From assembly GCA_965247735.1 (NCBI GenBank), contig CBDFHN010000002.1, forward strand, positions 2,463,005-2,527,004: a stretch of 64,000 nt of DNA. The letters are read 5' to 3'. This DNA is from Flavobacteriaceae bacterium. GTDB taxonomy: Bacteria > Bacteroidota > Bacteroidia > Flavobacteriales > Flavobacteriaceae. Below are positions 30,966 through 40,466 of this stretch, piece after piece (the first letter of the stretch is position 1; the number at the start of each line of letters is the position of its first letter). The position numbers were made by a program, and so were the translations under genes. The notes beneath the pieces are model-generated. The model saw nothing but the letters and a program-made list of their open reading frames with translations, searched no databases and was not told the origin of the DNA.

Positions 30966-33035
30966 CTAACTAATCTTCTTATCTCCCATCCCTAATCCAT
31001 TAGCAAGGTTTAGGAGATTTGTAAATAAGTTGTTTTCGTCTGCACTTGTTGTTTTCTGCTTCAAATCCATTAAAATATTGGCAATGCTTAAGTTTTTGAT
31101 ATCTTCAGATGATACACCATACTTATCAGCAAACTCCTTTACTTTTCCAAGCAAGTTTCCTTTTACATCTTCACTTCCCAAAATAGCATCTTTTACCTCT
31201 TGAACAGTATCTGAATGCTTCACCAATCTATCATATCCTTTGGCTTTAGTAATCTGCCCAATTATCTGATCGAAGAACATTGTTTCTCCACCAACAATAT
31301 CAATATTAGAAGCCCTAAGCGCTTCTCCAATTACCTGTGCCTGTGCATCTGCGATATCTTTTTGGATATTGATTTCTGCTAAATCTACTTGTAATTCTTT
31401 TTCTAATCGCAATTTAAATTCTTCATGTTCTTTTCCAACACCATTTAGCTTCTTCATTGCTTCAGCCTTTTCTTCTATTCCTGCTGCATCTGCCAGCGCT
31501 TTTTCTTTAATCACTTCTGCTTCTGCTATTCCTTCTTTCTTAAGCGCTGCTGCTCTTGCTTCTATTCCTGCCGCCTCAGCTTTTGCTTTCTTCTCTATAA
31601 TTAAAGCCTCAACTATACCTTCTCTTTCTACAGCATCCGCTTTTGCATGCATTACTTGCGCTTCTGACATTCCCACAGTTGCCTCTTCTTTTGCCTGAGC
31701 TTCTGCTAATATTTTTCTAGCTTCTGCTTCTTTTTCACTTGCTTGCTTTTTAGCTAAAGCTTCTATATTAATTTCCTCGGCTTGTTGTTTTGCAGCTTCT
31801 TTTTGTGCTTCTGCTGATTTAATTACTCTAACCAACGCTTGCTCTGCTTCACCTTCTGCTACTGTAATTTTCACCTGCTTATCACGATCTGCAGTTTTAA
31901 AAGCCTCAATATCTTTCATACTCTCTCGCTCTTCTACCACACCTTTCTCTAACATTACACGATCGCGAATAACATCTTGAATATTTTTCTTTTCTACTTC
32001 TACAACCTTTTCTTTCTCTATTTGTGCTAGTGTTACAATTCGTTCTCTTTCGGTAGCCTCCAACATTCTGTCTTTTTCAACTCTTTCGGTTTCTACAACA
32101 TCGGTACGTTCTTTATTTTTTGATGCTACAATAACCTGACGTTGCTTATTTTCTTCAGCTACTTGCAATTTTTCCTCTGTTGCTATTCTTGCCGTTTCAG
32201 ATTTAAGACGCTCTTCTTCTCCCACTTTTAGTATTTCTGCCTCTTCCCTAGACATAATATTAGCAATCTCCCTCTTCTGCTGCTCTTCTTTTTCCGCTAA
32301 CTGCTTGTCCAATTCTAATATAGCTTCTCTTGCCTCAACATCCTGCTTACGGATTATTTTTTCTTCGTCTCTTTTAATTAAATTTGACTTTACATTCTGA
32401 GCTGCAGTTAATTCTGTAATCTTCTTTATCCCTTCTGCATCCAATATATTATCGGCCTTTAAAAACGATACTGGTGTCTGCTCTAAATAATCAATAGCAC
32501 AATCTTCTAACGTATAACCATTAAGATCTGTACCTATAATATCTACAATCTCGTCTCTAAACTCGCGCCTAGCCTCATACAATTCTATAAATTGGAATTT
32601 TTTCCCAACAGTCTTTAATGCTTCCGAAAATTTGGCTTCAAACAACTCCTCTAATGTAGTATGGTGTGATGCTCTTTCGCAACCAATAGTTTGAGCTACT
32701 TTTTTAATAAATTCCACTTCATTATTAACACGAACAAAAAAGGCAACCTTAATATCTGCTCTCATGTTATCCTTACACACCAAACCATCATTACCTAGCC
32801 GTTCTATCTGAATTTTCTTTACAGAAATATCCATAATCTCTACCCGATGAAATACTGGAACCACATACATTCCTCTATCTGTTGCCACTTTTGTACCCTT
32901 AAAACCGGTACGCACCAAAGCTTGACCTTGAGGTACCTTTTTATAGAACATTGCAACTATTGCAAAGTATAAAATGATTAAGAAAAGGAGCAATCCAATA
33001 CCCATTCCTACTATTTGAAGTAAACTATCTGCCAT
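30966..33035 (-). CDS. Flotillin-family (SPFH/band 7) membrane-microdomain protein with a long C-terminal coiled-coil (YqiK-like)
   Basis: N-terminal TM helix, an SPFH domain (VPQGQALVRTGFKGTKV...), and an EA/KE-rich repeat coiled-coil. Confidence 0.85.
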   Translation of the reverse strand: MADSLLQIVGMGIGLLLFLIILYFAIVAMFYKKVPQGQALVRTGFKGTKVATDRGMYVVPVFHRVEIMDISVKKIQIERLGNDGLVCKDNMRADIKVAFFVRVNNEVEFIKKVAQTIGCERASHHTTLEELFEAKFSEALKTVGKKFQFIELYEARREFRDEIVDIIGTDLNGYTLEDCAIDYLEQTPVSFLKADNILDAEGIKKITELTAAQNVKSNLIKRDEEKIIRKQDVEAREAILELDKQLAEKEEQQKREIANIMSREEAEILKVGEEERLKSETARIATEEKLQVAEENKQRQVIVASKNKERTDVVETERVEKDRMLEATERERIVTLAQIEKEKVVEVEKKNIQDVIRDRVMLEKGVVEERESMKDIEAFKTADRDKQVKITVAEGEAEQALVRVIKSAEAQKEAAKQQAEEINIEALAKKQASEKEAEARKILAEAQAKEEATVGMSEAQVMHAKADAVEREGIVEALIIEKKAKAEAAGIEARAAALKKEGIAEAEVIKEKALADAAGIEEKAEAMKKLNGVGKEHEEFKLRLEKELQVDLAEINIQKDIADAQAQVIGEALRASNIDIVGGETMFFDQIIGQITKAKGYDRLVKHSDTVQEVKDAILGSEDVKGNLLGKVKEFADKYGVSSEDIKNLSIANILMDLKQKTTSADENNLFTNLLNLANGLGMGDKKIS

Positions 33036-33050
33036 ATTATTTGTGTTTAT

Positions 33051-33767
33051 TTATTTGTGTTTTTGTGCGTAATAAAACGCCTTATCACTACTCTGTTTTA
33101 TAATTAGTATTTCATCTTTATACGCTATTTGCTCTCCATCATAAGACTTAATGTATATTGACAGATTATTTCCTTCAGCAACCACTTCTGCCGACCCCAT
33201 TTTTTCCTTACTGATAGTAGACAACGAAAGCCCTCTTCTGCCCACAATATCTATTGGCTCATCTCCATCTTGATTCAAATTTTTAAAGAAACTTTTAAAT
33301 GGAGTAGTAAATATTTTGGTAATAATTAGAGACGGTATAATACCAACCAACATTAATACAAAACCAAAACTATTGTTATAACTTAAAGTCAATACTGTAC
33401 TTACTGTGGTACATATCCACCAGATAAAAATCCAACTTGTAAACGTAAACATAAAAGGCAATCCTACAAAATTGAAGTAAATAAGTATTACTTGCCACCA
33501 TTTTAATGGCTTTTTCCTATACTCTCCAACTACGTCTTCTTTATTAATTTCTGCATTGGCTATATCATGAAAATCAACATTGCCACCCTCAATACCCATA
33601 TCTACATCTGCATCGATATCTACATCAATGTCCACATCAACATCAAAATCTAAGTCAAAATCAATTCCTGAAAACATGGTAACAATCCAGTACAGGATTA
33701 GGATAATCACCAATAGTGTTAAGGTAATATTTACTGTTGAAAAAATTATGTCTATAATGGAATCCAA
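33051..33767 (-). CDS. YqiJ/NfeD-like inner-membrane protein (flotillin partner) with an acidic DxD repeat tract
   Basis: TM helices, a C-terminal beta-rich (OB-like) domain, and the positional equivalent of E. coli yqiJ upstream of yqiK. Low-complexity DFDLDFDVDVDIDVDIDADVD region. Confidence 0.55.
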   Translation of the reverse strand: MDSIIDIIFSTVNITLTLLVIILILYWIVTMFSGIDFDLDFDVDVDIDVDIDADVDMGIEGGNVDFHDIANAEINKEDVVGEYRKKPLKWWQVILIYFNFVGLPFMFTFTSWIFIWWICTTVSTVLTLSYNNSFGFVLMLVGIIPSLIITKIFTTPFKSFFKNLNQDGDEPIDIVGRRGLSLSTISKEKMGSAEVVAEGNNLSIYIKSYDGEQIAYKDEILIIKQSSDKAFYYAQKHK

Positions 33768-33770
33768 TTC

Positions 33771-34487
33771 TTATTCTTTTTTATCTTGATTAAACCCTAA
33801 TTGTTCTTTTAATTTTGCCAACTCATCTTCGGCAGTTGTATCGGTAATATCGACAGCATTGTCTATTTCTTGATCTATACTTTTAGACGCATCGGCAATA
33901 TCACCATAAGCCTCAGCCAAAGCTTCTTCCTGACTTACCTTGTCCTTCATTCTTTCTAGCATGGCAACAGTACTTGAACTATCAATTTCTGCCATTTGCT
34001 TATTCAAGTCCTTGGTTGCTTTAGACACTTTTACTCTTGCCTTAAGTGTTTTTAATTCACTTTCCCATTTGCTAATATTCTTTTTTACCTCTGCAATATT
34101 TTTGTCCAATTTGGCAATAGAATCCTCAAACTTAGTTTCATTTTCTTTTGCCAGTACCACATGTTTTTGATTTTCTTCCTTTTTAATCAATGCTTCTTTG
34201 GCCAAACGATCTGCTTCTGGGCTATCCAGAGCTCCACTATGTCCTTTTTTTAATATCAACATTGCTTTTTGTTGATAATCTTCAGCTTTTGCAGAAAATT
34301 CTTCTACCTCATTTTTTGCCCGTATTGCAAGTGCCTTTACCTGAGCTAAAGATTCTAAGCTTTTATTTAAATCGCCTTTCATATCTCTAATGCCTTGTTC
34401 GGTCATCTTAATTGGGTCTTCCATACCATCTACAGTTGCATGCGCCTCTGCTTGTCCTATTTTAAACAATCTTTTGAAAAAATTCAT
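33771..34487 (-). CDS. pspA: PspA/IM30 (Vipp1/ESCRT-III-like) family protein
   Basis: 238 aa, all-helical coiled-coil. N-terminal MNFFKRLFKIGQAEAHATVDGMEDPIKMTEQGIRDMKGDL is typical of PspA. Confidence 0.85.
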   Translation of the reverse strand: MNFFKRLFKIGQAEAHATVDGMEDPIKMTEQGIRDMKGDLNKSLESLAQVKALAIRAKNEVEEFSAKAEDYQQKAMLILKKGHSGALDSPEADRLAKEALIKKEENQKHVVLAKENETKFEDSIAKLDKNIAEVKKNISKWESELKTLKARVKVSKATKDLNKQMAEIDSSSTVAMLERMKDKVSQEEALAEAYGDIADASKSIDQEIDNAVDITDTTAEDELAKLKEQLGFNQDKKE

Positions 34488-34491
34488 CCTA

Positions 34492-34887
34492 CTAATATTT
34501 TGAAAAATTTATAATTTGCTCCGAATATTCGCTCAACAACAATCCAAGCGAGTTAAGCGAAGCTTCTAACTCGTTAAGGTCTAAATGCTCTACTTGTAAT
34601 GTATCTCTAAAAATAACTTTTCTACCAGAAGCGTCTAAAACAAATGCCCCATGCACAATATCTCTATTTTTTTGAAGTAAACTTCTAAATACATCTTCAC
34701 TTTTATTACGGATATCAAAAATGTGTTGTTCCATAATTAAAATGGGAGAAGCTACTCCTATAATTAAATTCTTAATTCCTTCACTTTCTCTGCTAATCAT
34801 TAACACTCCATCCGCAACATTCTCATAAGTAATATCATATTGAAGTTGCATTACATACTCCTTAACCATCTTAAAATGTGCTTCCAT
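34492..34887 (-). CDS. YbjN-like small cytoplasmic protein (putative sensory/chaperone-like). First gene of the PspA-flotillin operon.
   Basis: 131 aa. Weak resemblance to YbjN-domain proteins. The 4-nt spacing to pspA suggests co-transcription. Confidence 0.35.
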   Translation of the reverse strand: MEAHFKMVKEYVMQLQYDITYENVADGVLMISRESEGIKNLIIGVASPILIMEQHIFDIRNKSEDVFRSLLQKNRDIVHGAFVLDASGRKVIFRDTLQVEHLDLNELEASLNSLGLLLSEYSEQIINFSKY

Positions 34888-35037
34888 AAATCGTAAACGT
34901 TATATTTTGATTATTATTTTCGTTATTGACACTATCAATATTACAAAACTTACACTAAACTCAGCACTAATTTAAACACAAAAGCTATGATAATATATAT
35001 TACATGGATCATTTTTATATTGGAGTTAATTTAGTCT

Positions 35038-35060
35038 AATTGCTAAAATTTTTAGCAATT
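35038..35060. promoter_or_regulatory. Perfect 11+1+11 palindrome AATTGCTAAAA-T-TTTTAGCAATT. Candidate operator for the adjacent XRE/S24 repressor. Related TTAGCAA/TTAGCTAA half-sites lie at 35111 and 35178..35190.
   Basis: Seen directly in the divergent promoter region between the YbjN-like and XRE genes. Confidence 0.4.
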
Positions 35061-35194
35061 ATTACTTTTTGTGCCAAAAAAAGTAGCTGATTAATAAAAA
35101 TCTATTTATATTAGCTAAACACAAATGCAATAACTAATATTATTAGCGTAAATATACAAATAAAATCTTTAATTGCAAATTAAATTAGCAAAAT

Positions 35195-35953
35195 ATGTCG
35201 TTTTTCGGAAAAAACATCAAAAAAATAAGACACGTTAAAGGATTAAGCCAACAGGCTTTCGCAGAGCTATTTGAGCTAAAAAGAGGTACTCTTGGGGCTT
35301 ACGAAGAAGGAAGAAGTGAACCAAAAATAGAAACTATCATTAAAATTGCTAATTATTTTAGCATTAAAATTGACAATCTGCTTACTAATGACATCACCGT
35401 TAATCAATTATTAAAATTTAAAGGCGATCTAACTACTTATGCTGAAAATGCAAGTACCATACAGTTTTCCAAAATACCATGCATTAACGAAAACAACCTA
35501 AACGAATACCTACTTTCACACAAAAACCCTGAATACATAACCGAGTTACCTTATTTGCAGCTTCCATTAAATCTTACTAAAAACTTTAGGGCATATACTG
35601 TTAGTAGTTTAGAAATGACCAAACACGATAGTGGTTTTTATCCAAAAGACATTGTAATTGGAGAAGAAGTGCCCAATAACATTATAAAAAAACTAACAAA
35701 TGGTACTCTTGTTTTTGCTCTTGTAAACAACAGTATTATTTTTAGAAGACTATATATTACTGGAAATACTATTATACTAAGAGCAGATCATAAAAATATT
35801 GAAGATGAAACATTTCCAATTAAAGAACTAAAAGAATTATGGCGTGTGCGCTATGTGTTCTGTAAACGTATTCCTGAATTTGGAAATGATTATAATGACA
35901 AGCTACAAAACATTGAAATTGAATTACAAAAGATCAAAAATCAAATCAATTAA
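35195..35953 (+). CDS. XRE-family HTH transcriptional regulator with a C-terminal LexA/CI-like S24 peptidase domain
   Basis: N-terminal HTH_3 (IKKIRHVKGLSQQAFAELFELKRGTLGAYEEGRSEPKIETIIKIANYF). C-terminal region with S24-like topology (VSSLEM ... IIFRRLYITGNTIILRADHKN). Confidence 0.7.
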   Translation: MSFFGKNIKKIRHVKGLSQQAFAELFELKRGTLGAYEEGRSEPKIETIIKIANYFSIKIDNLLTNDITVNQLLKFKGDLTTYAENASTIQFSKIPCINENNLNEYLLSHKNPEYITELPYLQLPLNLTKNFRAYTVSSLEMTKHDSGFYPKDIVIGEEVPNNIIKKLTNGTLVFALVNNSIIFRRLYITGNTIILRADHKNIEDETFPIKELKELWRVRYVFCKRIPEFGNDYNDKLQNIEIELQKIKNQIN

Positions 35954-35961
35954 ACCCCGAT

Positions 35962-37155
35962 TTAAGCCTTTGTTAGCAATACACTTACTGCATTACCACC
36001 AAAACCAACGGCGTTAACTAAAATATGCTTTATTTTATTCGGCTCTTTACTTTGAAGATAAGGCACATCAATAAATTCTTGACGCTGTAACATCAATACT
36101 GCAAGTTCCAAACTCAATATACCCGAAGCACCAAAAGTGTGCCCTATTTTCCATTTATTAGTGGTTAAAGCAGGTAATTTTTCACCAAAAACCTTTTTTA
36201 TAGCATTATATTCAGATAAATCTCCCTTTACCGTTCCTGGAGCATGCATCACAACAACATCTAAGTCATCTGGACTCAAATCTCCCAATGCCATCTTCAT
36301 TGATTCTTGAAAACATTCTGCTTCTTTGGTTACTGAAACCGAATGCGTTAACACTTCTGTAGCATAACCTACACCCACAATATATGCAAGTGCATTTGTG
36401 TTATCACCAATTTCCAAGCAAGCAACTCCTGCTCCTTCCCCCAAAACCATTGTATTTTCGGTTTTATCTAAATTTAATGCCTGACACGGATATGCTTCCT
36501 CATTTTTAGCATATACTTTTAAAGCCTGCATTTGCGCAATAGTAAATGCCGTTAGTGGCGCTTCACTACCACCGATCATAAATTTATTTGCCATACCTGA
36601 TTGCAACCAAGCAACACCATTTAGCAACGAATGCAATGCTGTAGAACAGGTTATGGAATGGCTAATATTTGGTCCTTTGCTTTGCAAGTCATGAGCCAAC
36701 CATGAAGAGATATTACCTAGGGTTGTTGTTGGAGAACTTAACGTAGAAGACTTTTTTTTTACCAAAAACTCCTCATAATATTCTTCAAACAAGGCCGTAG
36801 CCCCTCTTGAAGACCCAATATTAATCCCAAAATCATCTCCTACACGCCACCCAGCCTGGTCTATAGCTTTTCTTGCCGAATACATCGCAAAAAGCACTGT
36901 ATCATCCAAAAATTTGTACTTTATGTCAGAATTTCTTAATATTCTAATTTCTTCTTTTATACTTGCGGTAACAGTAACACCTAAAACCGTCTGATCTTTT
37001 AAATCCAATTCGGACAGACAATGTTGTGCTTGTTTATAATTGGCCCACACTTCATCTTGTGAGTTTCCCAATGCAGAAACCGAACTCATGCCCGTAATAG
37101 CTATAATTTGCTTCATCATATATTTTTCGAATACCGAAGCCGCAAAGGTCTGCAT
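35962..37155 (-). CDS. Beta-ketoacyl-ACP synthase family protein (KAS I/II-like), orphan
   Basis: Thiolase-fold condensing enzyme with an active-site Cys region (HSITCSTALHSL), His/His motifs, and C-terminal NAVGFGGNAVSVLL. The probable start is the internal MMKQ ATG (~37119). Confidence 0.8.
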   Translation of the reverse strand: MQTFAASVFEKYMMKQIIAITGMSSVSALGNSQDEVWANYKQAQHCLSELDLKDQTVLGVTVTASIKEEIRILRNSDIKYKFLDDTVLFAMYSARKAIDQAGWRVGDDFGINIGSSRGATALFEEYYEEFLVKKKSSTLSSPTTTLGNISSWLAHDLQSKGPNISHSITCSTALHSLLNGVAWLQSGMANKFMIGGSEAPLTAFTIAQMQALKVYAKNEEAYPCQALNLDKTENTMVLGEGAGVACLEIGDNTNALAYIVGVGYATEVLTHSVSVTKEAECFQESMKMALGDLSPDDLDVVVMHAPGTVKGDLSEYNAIKKVFGEKLPALTTNKWKIGHTFGASGILSLELAVLMLQRQEFIDVPYLQSKEPNKIKHILVNAVGFGGNAVSVLLTKA

Positions 37156-37273
37156 TTTTTAACGCTCTTGGAAAGATAATTTGTGAAAATTAAACGGTAA
37201 TTAGTACAATTATAACATACACAAGTATGGTTTAGTCGAAATTTACTAAGTTAGCTAATATAGACTCCAATAA

Positions 37274-39985
37274 ATGTTGAACAATTATATTTCGTACTTT
37301 ACTGATTGCTACAAAGCAGACAATAGGGCATTTTCTATTTTAAATTTCTTTTCTTCCAAATACGAAAGCCAACTTATTATTAAACAAAAAGAAGAACTTG
37401 TTAATGATGAACTTCCTTTTCAGTATTTACCGATAGAAATTGGTAAATCTATTCAGCAAAATTTAGAACTTTACAACCATGACAAAGAGCTTTTGTATTG
37501 CTCTTTATTTTTTATCGGCAAAAGAAAAAATTTCCAAAGCCGTATTACAAATATCATTGCTCCGTTATTTTACTACCACGCAGAAGTTATAACCCATGAT
37601 GATCTGCCTTTTGTAAAACTAAATCTTGAAAAAGAAAGAACGCTAAACATTGCCTTTTTAAAAACACTCTCCTACAAGACAAACTTTAATGTTTTTTATA
37701 ATGAACTAGAAGAACTTCTTATAAAACATCCTTGTATTAACAATGACTTTATCCTCTCACTAAAAGAACTACTAGAATTTCATATCGATAATCTAAAAAC
37801 GCAAATACTAGATTTTCCAAAACTAAAATCTGCTTCTTTTCTAAAAAAGAACGCAACAGAAACAATCGAAATAGAACAGTTTGAACTACATTCCGCATCA
37901 GGAGTTTTAATCTCAAGCAAAGCTAACAATATCAACGGAGTTGTTAATGAGTTAAATATCCTTAGCCATGAAAACAATCTTTCTACAGGGCTTAACTATT
38001 TTTTCTCTAAAGAAAAGGAAATTCCAAATTTCTCTAAGACTGATTTTAAGATCCCAGCATTACTAAATGTGGCACAAGAACATATTGTTTACAACGCCAA
38101 CTCTTATTATAAATCTGTTATTTTTGGCCCATCAGGAACTGGTAAATCTTATACAATATCTGCAATTGCTCAAGATTATATTAGCAAAGGAAAAAGTGTA
38201 CTCATAGTTACCAAAACCAGTCAAGCCCTAAATGTCTTAGAGGAGAAATTGAATGCCTTCAAAATAGGTCAATTTGCAGTAAAAATTGGAGGTGATTACT
38301 ACAAAAGAAGTATCAAGAGCTATTTAAACAAAATTGCGAATGGTTTTTTTCATAAGAAGTATTCTGCTAGTAAACATCAAATCATAAGAAAGCAATACCA
38401 TGAACTTTATGATAAAATAACAGCTTTTGAGAAACAATTCAATCAAAAAATAATAAAAGAAGGCAAACGGGTCGAAAGCATCTTTGACAAAAGCTTCTTT
38501 TCAAAAATCACAAATAGCATAGATCTCATTTTTTTTAGATCCTTTGAGCAAAAAGAATGGGAAATTATTGAAGAATACTATCAGCTACTTCAAGATTTTG
38601 AAAAAACAGCTGATGCCTTTTTATTTCAATCAGTTCTTAGCGATATTGTTAAACATGCTAATGAAAACAGGCTTGAGCTCTTAAAACTTGTTAATGTTTT
38701 TGAAAGTAAAGACAAAGCGGAAGCAAACAATCAACTAAGAACAATAAACCCAAAACTCCTCGTAAAATTTCTTCCGTTATGGCTAGTAAAAATTGATGAG
38801 ATATCTAATGCAATCCCCTTAAAAAAAGAACTCTATGATATTGCTATTGTTGACGAAGCAACGCAATGTGATATTGCATCTTGTTTGCCTGTTTTCCAAA
38901 GAGCAAAAAAAGTAATTGTAGCCGGTGACACCAACCAACTTAGGCACATTAGCTTTCTGTCTAAAACACAAATGTTTAACTTTCAGAAAAAGCATAAATT
39001 AACAACTAATAATAATTTTGACTATAGAAAAAATAGTCTGTTAGATTTCATTTTAGCAAACACCCCAGATGGCAAACAAGTAGTTCTTCTTGATGAACAT
39101 TATAGATCGCTTCCTGAAATCATAAATTTTAGCAATAAGCAATTTTATCATAATTCTTTACGGATTATGACTGATATTCCAAAAAACAAAAACAAACGAG
39201 CCGTTTTTATTAAAAAAATCAAAGGAAAGCAACTAAACTCTGGTACTAATGAGCATGAAGCCAAACAGATATTAAAAAAAGTAAAACAGATTATTTCAAA
39301 AGAAGAATCATTTACAAAAAAACAAGCCAGCACTATAGGAGTTCTCTCTCCTTTTAGACAACAAACAGATTATTTAACAAAACTTATAAAACAAGAGCTA
39401 AACCTTAACCAAATAAAAAAACACAAATTAAGACTAGGTACTCCATACCATTTTCAAGGTGAAGAAAAAGACTATATGTTTATCTCAATGACAGTTGATA
39501 ACAATTCTCATTTTGCTAGTCTTAATTACCTTAACAAAACTGATGTTTTTAATGTAGCCATTACTAGAGCAAAACACGAACAACATGTTTTTATATCAGT
39601 AGACACAAAACTACTAAACCATAACTCTTTGCTTAGGATATTCCTAGAAACCTACAGCGACACAGATACATCATGCAACTCACTCCCAATACAAGATAAA
39701 TTTAGCAAAGAAGTTATCGCCTTTTTAACCACAAAAAAAGTCAATATTCATCCAGGCTATCATATTGCAGGTCTATCTATTGATATTCTTATAGAAAAGG
39801 AAGGCAAATATTTAGGAATTGATCTTATTGGTTATCCCGGTGATTTCAAAGCTGCTTTTTCTATAGAACGCTATAAAATTCTGAATAGAGTAGGTATAGA
39901 AATACTTCCGATCTCATATATATCTTGGGAACACCAAAAAGAAGTCATCATCCAAAAACTAGAAAATAAAATATTCTTCCTCTAA
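37274..39985 (+). CDS. Superfamily-1 Upf1/DNA2-like helicase (AAA_11/AAA_12) with a DUF4011-like N-terminal domain and a C-terminal restriction-endonuclease-like (DUF559/Vsr-like) domain
   Basis: Walker A GPSGTGKSYTISAIA, motif II IVDEATQC, VIVAGDTNQL, and a C-terminal helicase domain GTPYHFQGEEKDYMFISMTV. The last ~90 aa resemble REase-like DUF559. Confidence 0.8.
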   Translation: MLNNYISYFTDCYKADNRAFSILNFFSSKYESQLIIKQKEELVNDELPFQYLPIEIGKSIQQNLELYNHDKELLYCSLFFIGKRKNFQSRITNIIAPLFYYHAEVITHDDLPFVKLNLEKERTLNIAFLKTLSYKTNFNVFYNELEELLIKHPCINNDFILSLKELLEFHIDNLKTQILDFPKLKSASFLKKNATETIEIEQFELHSASGVLISSKANNINGVVNELNILSHENNLSTGLNYFFSKEKEIPNFSKTDFKIPALLNVAQEHIVYNANSYYKSVIFGPSGTGKSYTISAIAQDYISKGKSVLIVTKTSQALNVLEEKLNAFKIGQFAVKIGGDYYKRSIKSYLNKIANGFFHKKYSASKHQIIRKQYHELYDKITAFEKQFNQKIIKEGKRVESIFDKSFFSKITNSIDLIFFRSFEQKEWEIIEEYYQLLQDFEKTADAFLFQSVLSDIVKHANENRLELLKLVNVFESKDKAEANNQLRTINPKLLVKFLPLWLVKIDEISNAIPLKKELYDIAIVDEATQCDIASCLPVFQRAKKVIVAGDTNQLRHISFLSKTQMFNFQKKHKLTTNNNFDYRKNSLLDFILANTPDGKQVVLLDEHYRSLPEIINFSNKQFYHNSLRIMTDIPKNKNKRAVFIKKIKGKQLNSGTNEHEAKQILKKVKQIISKEESFTKKQASTIGVLSPFRQQTDYLTKLIKQELNLNQIKKHKLRLGTPYHFQGEEKDYMFISMTVDNNSHFASLNYLNKTDVFNVAITRAKHEQHVFISVDTKLLNHNSLLRIFLETYSDTDTSCNSLPIQDKFSKEVIAFLTTKKVNIHPGYHIAGLSIDILIEKEGKYLGIDLIGYPGDFKAAFSIERYKILNRVGIEILPISYISWEHQKEVIIQKLENKIFFL

Positions 39986-40025
39986 TTCATTCATTTTTGT
40001 ATATTCATAGCTCAATACACTTAAC

Positions 40026-40448
40026 ATGACAGAACACCATCAAAAAAGTTGGTTTGCCAGAAATTGGCCATGGGCAATTCCTCTTGGAGGATGCCTAACC
40101 TTTATAATTGTAATTATCGTATTTGCCAGCTCTGTTATTTTTGGAGTGAATTCTTTGATTAAAAGTTCTACTCCGTATCAAGACGCCATAATAAAAGCCA
40201 ATACCAACGAATATGTAGATGACCTATTTGGCACACCTATAGAAAGTGACGGAATGCCCATGGGAAATATTTCACTAAATAATGACGATGGGGAAATTGA
40301 CATGGAAGTACCTATAAAAGGGAAGAAAAAAAGTGGAACCCTCCATATTAAAGGCACAAAAACCGATGGGGACTGGAACTACGAATACCTATACCTCGCT
40401 TCAGAAAGTGGCAATGAGGAAATTAACCTCTTAAACGATGAATATTGA
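40026..40448 (+). CDS. Small single-TM protein, Coa1-like (cytochrome oxidase assembly factor 1 family)
   Basis: WFARNWPWAIPLGG plus a TM helix, followed by a ~100-aa soluble domain. Confidence 0.4.
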   Translation: MTEHHQKSWFARNWPWAIPLGGCLTFIIVIIVFASSVIFGVNSLIKSSTPYQDAIIKANTNEYVDDLFGTPIESDGMPMGNISLNNDDGEIDMEVPIKGKKKSGTLHIKGTKTDGDWNYEYLYLASESGNEEINLLNDEY

Positions 40449-40466
40449 TTTACTTGCTGTCAAAAA

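Noticed and set aside
31369-31698. 109-aa ORF rich in A/S antisense to the flotillin coiled-coil
   Set aside because: Low-complexity mirror of the EA/KE repeat on the opposite strand. Typical shadow ORF.
33580-33789. 69-aa S/T-rich ORF
   Set aside because: Antisense to the DxD acidic repeat of the YqiJ-like gene. Shadow ORF of a low-complexity tract.
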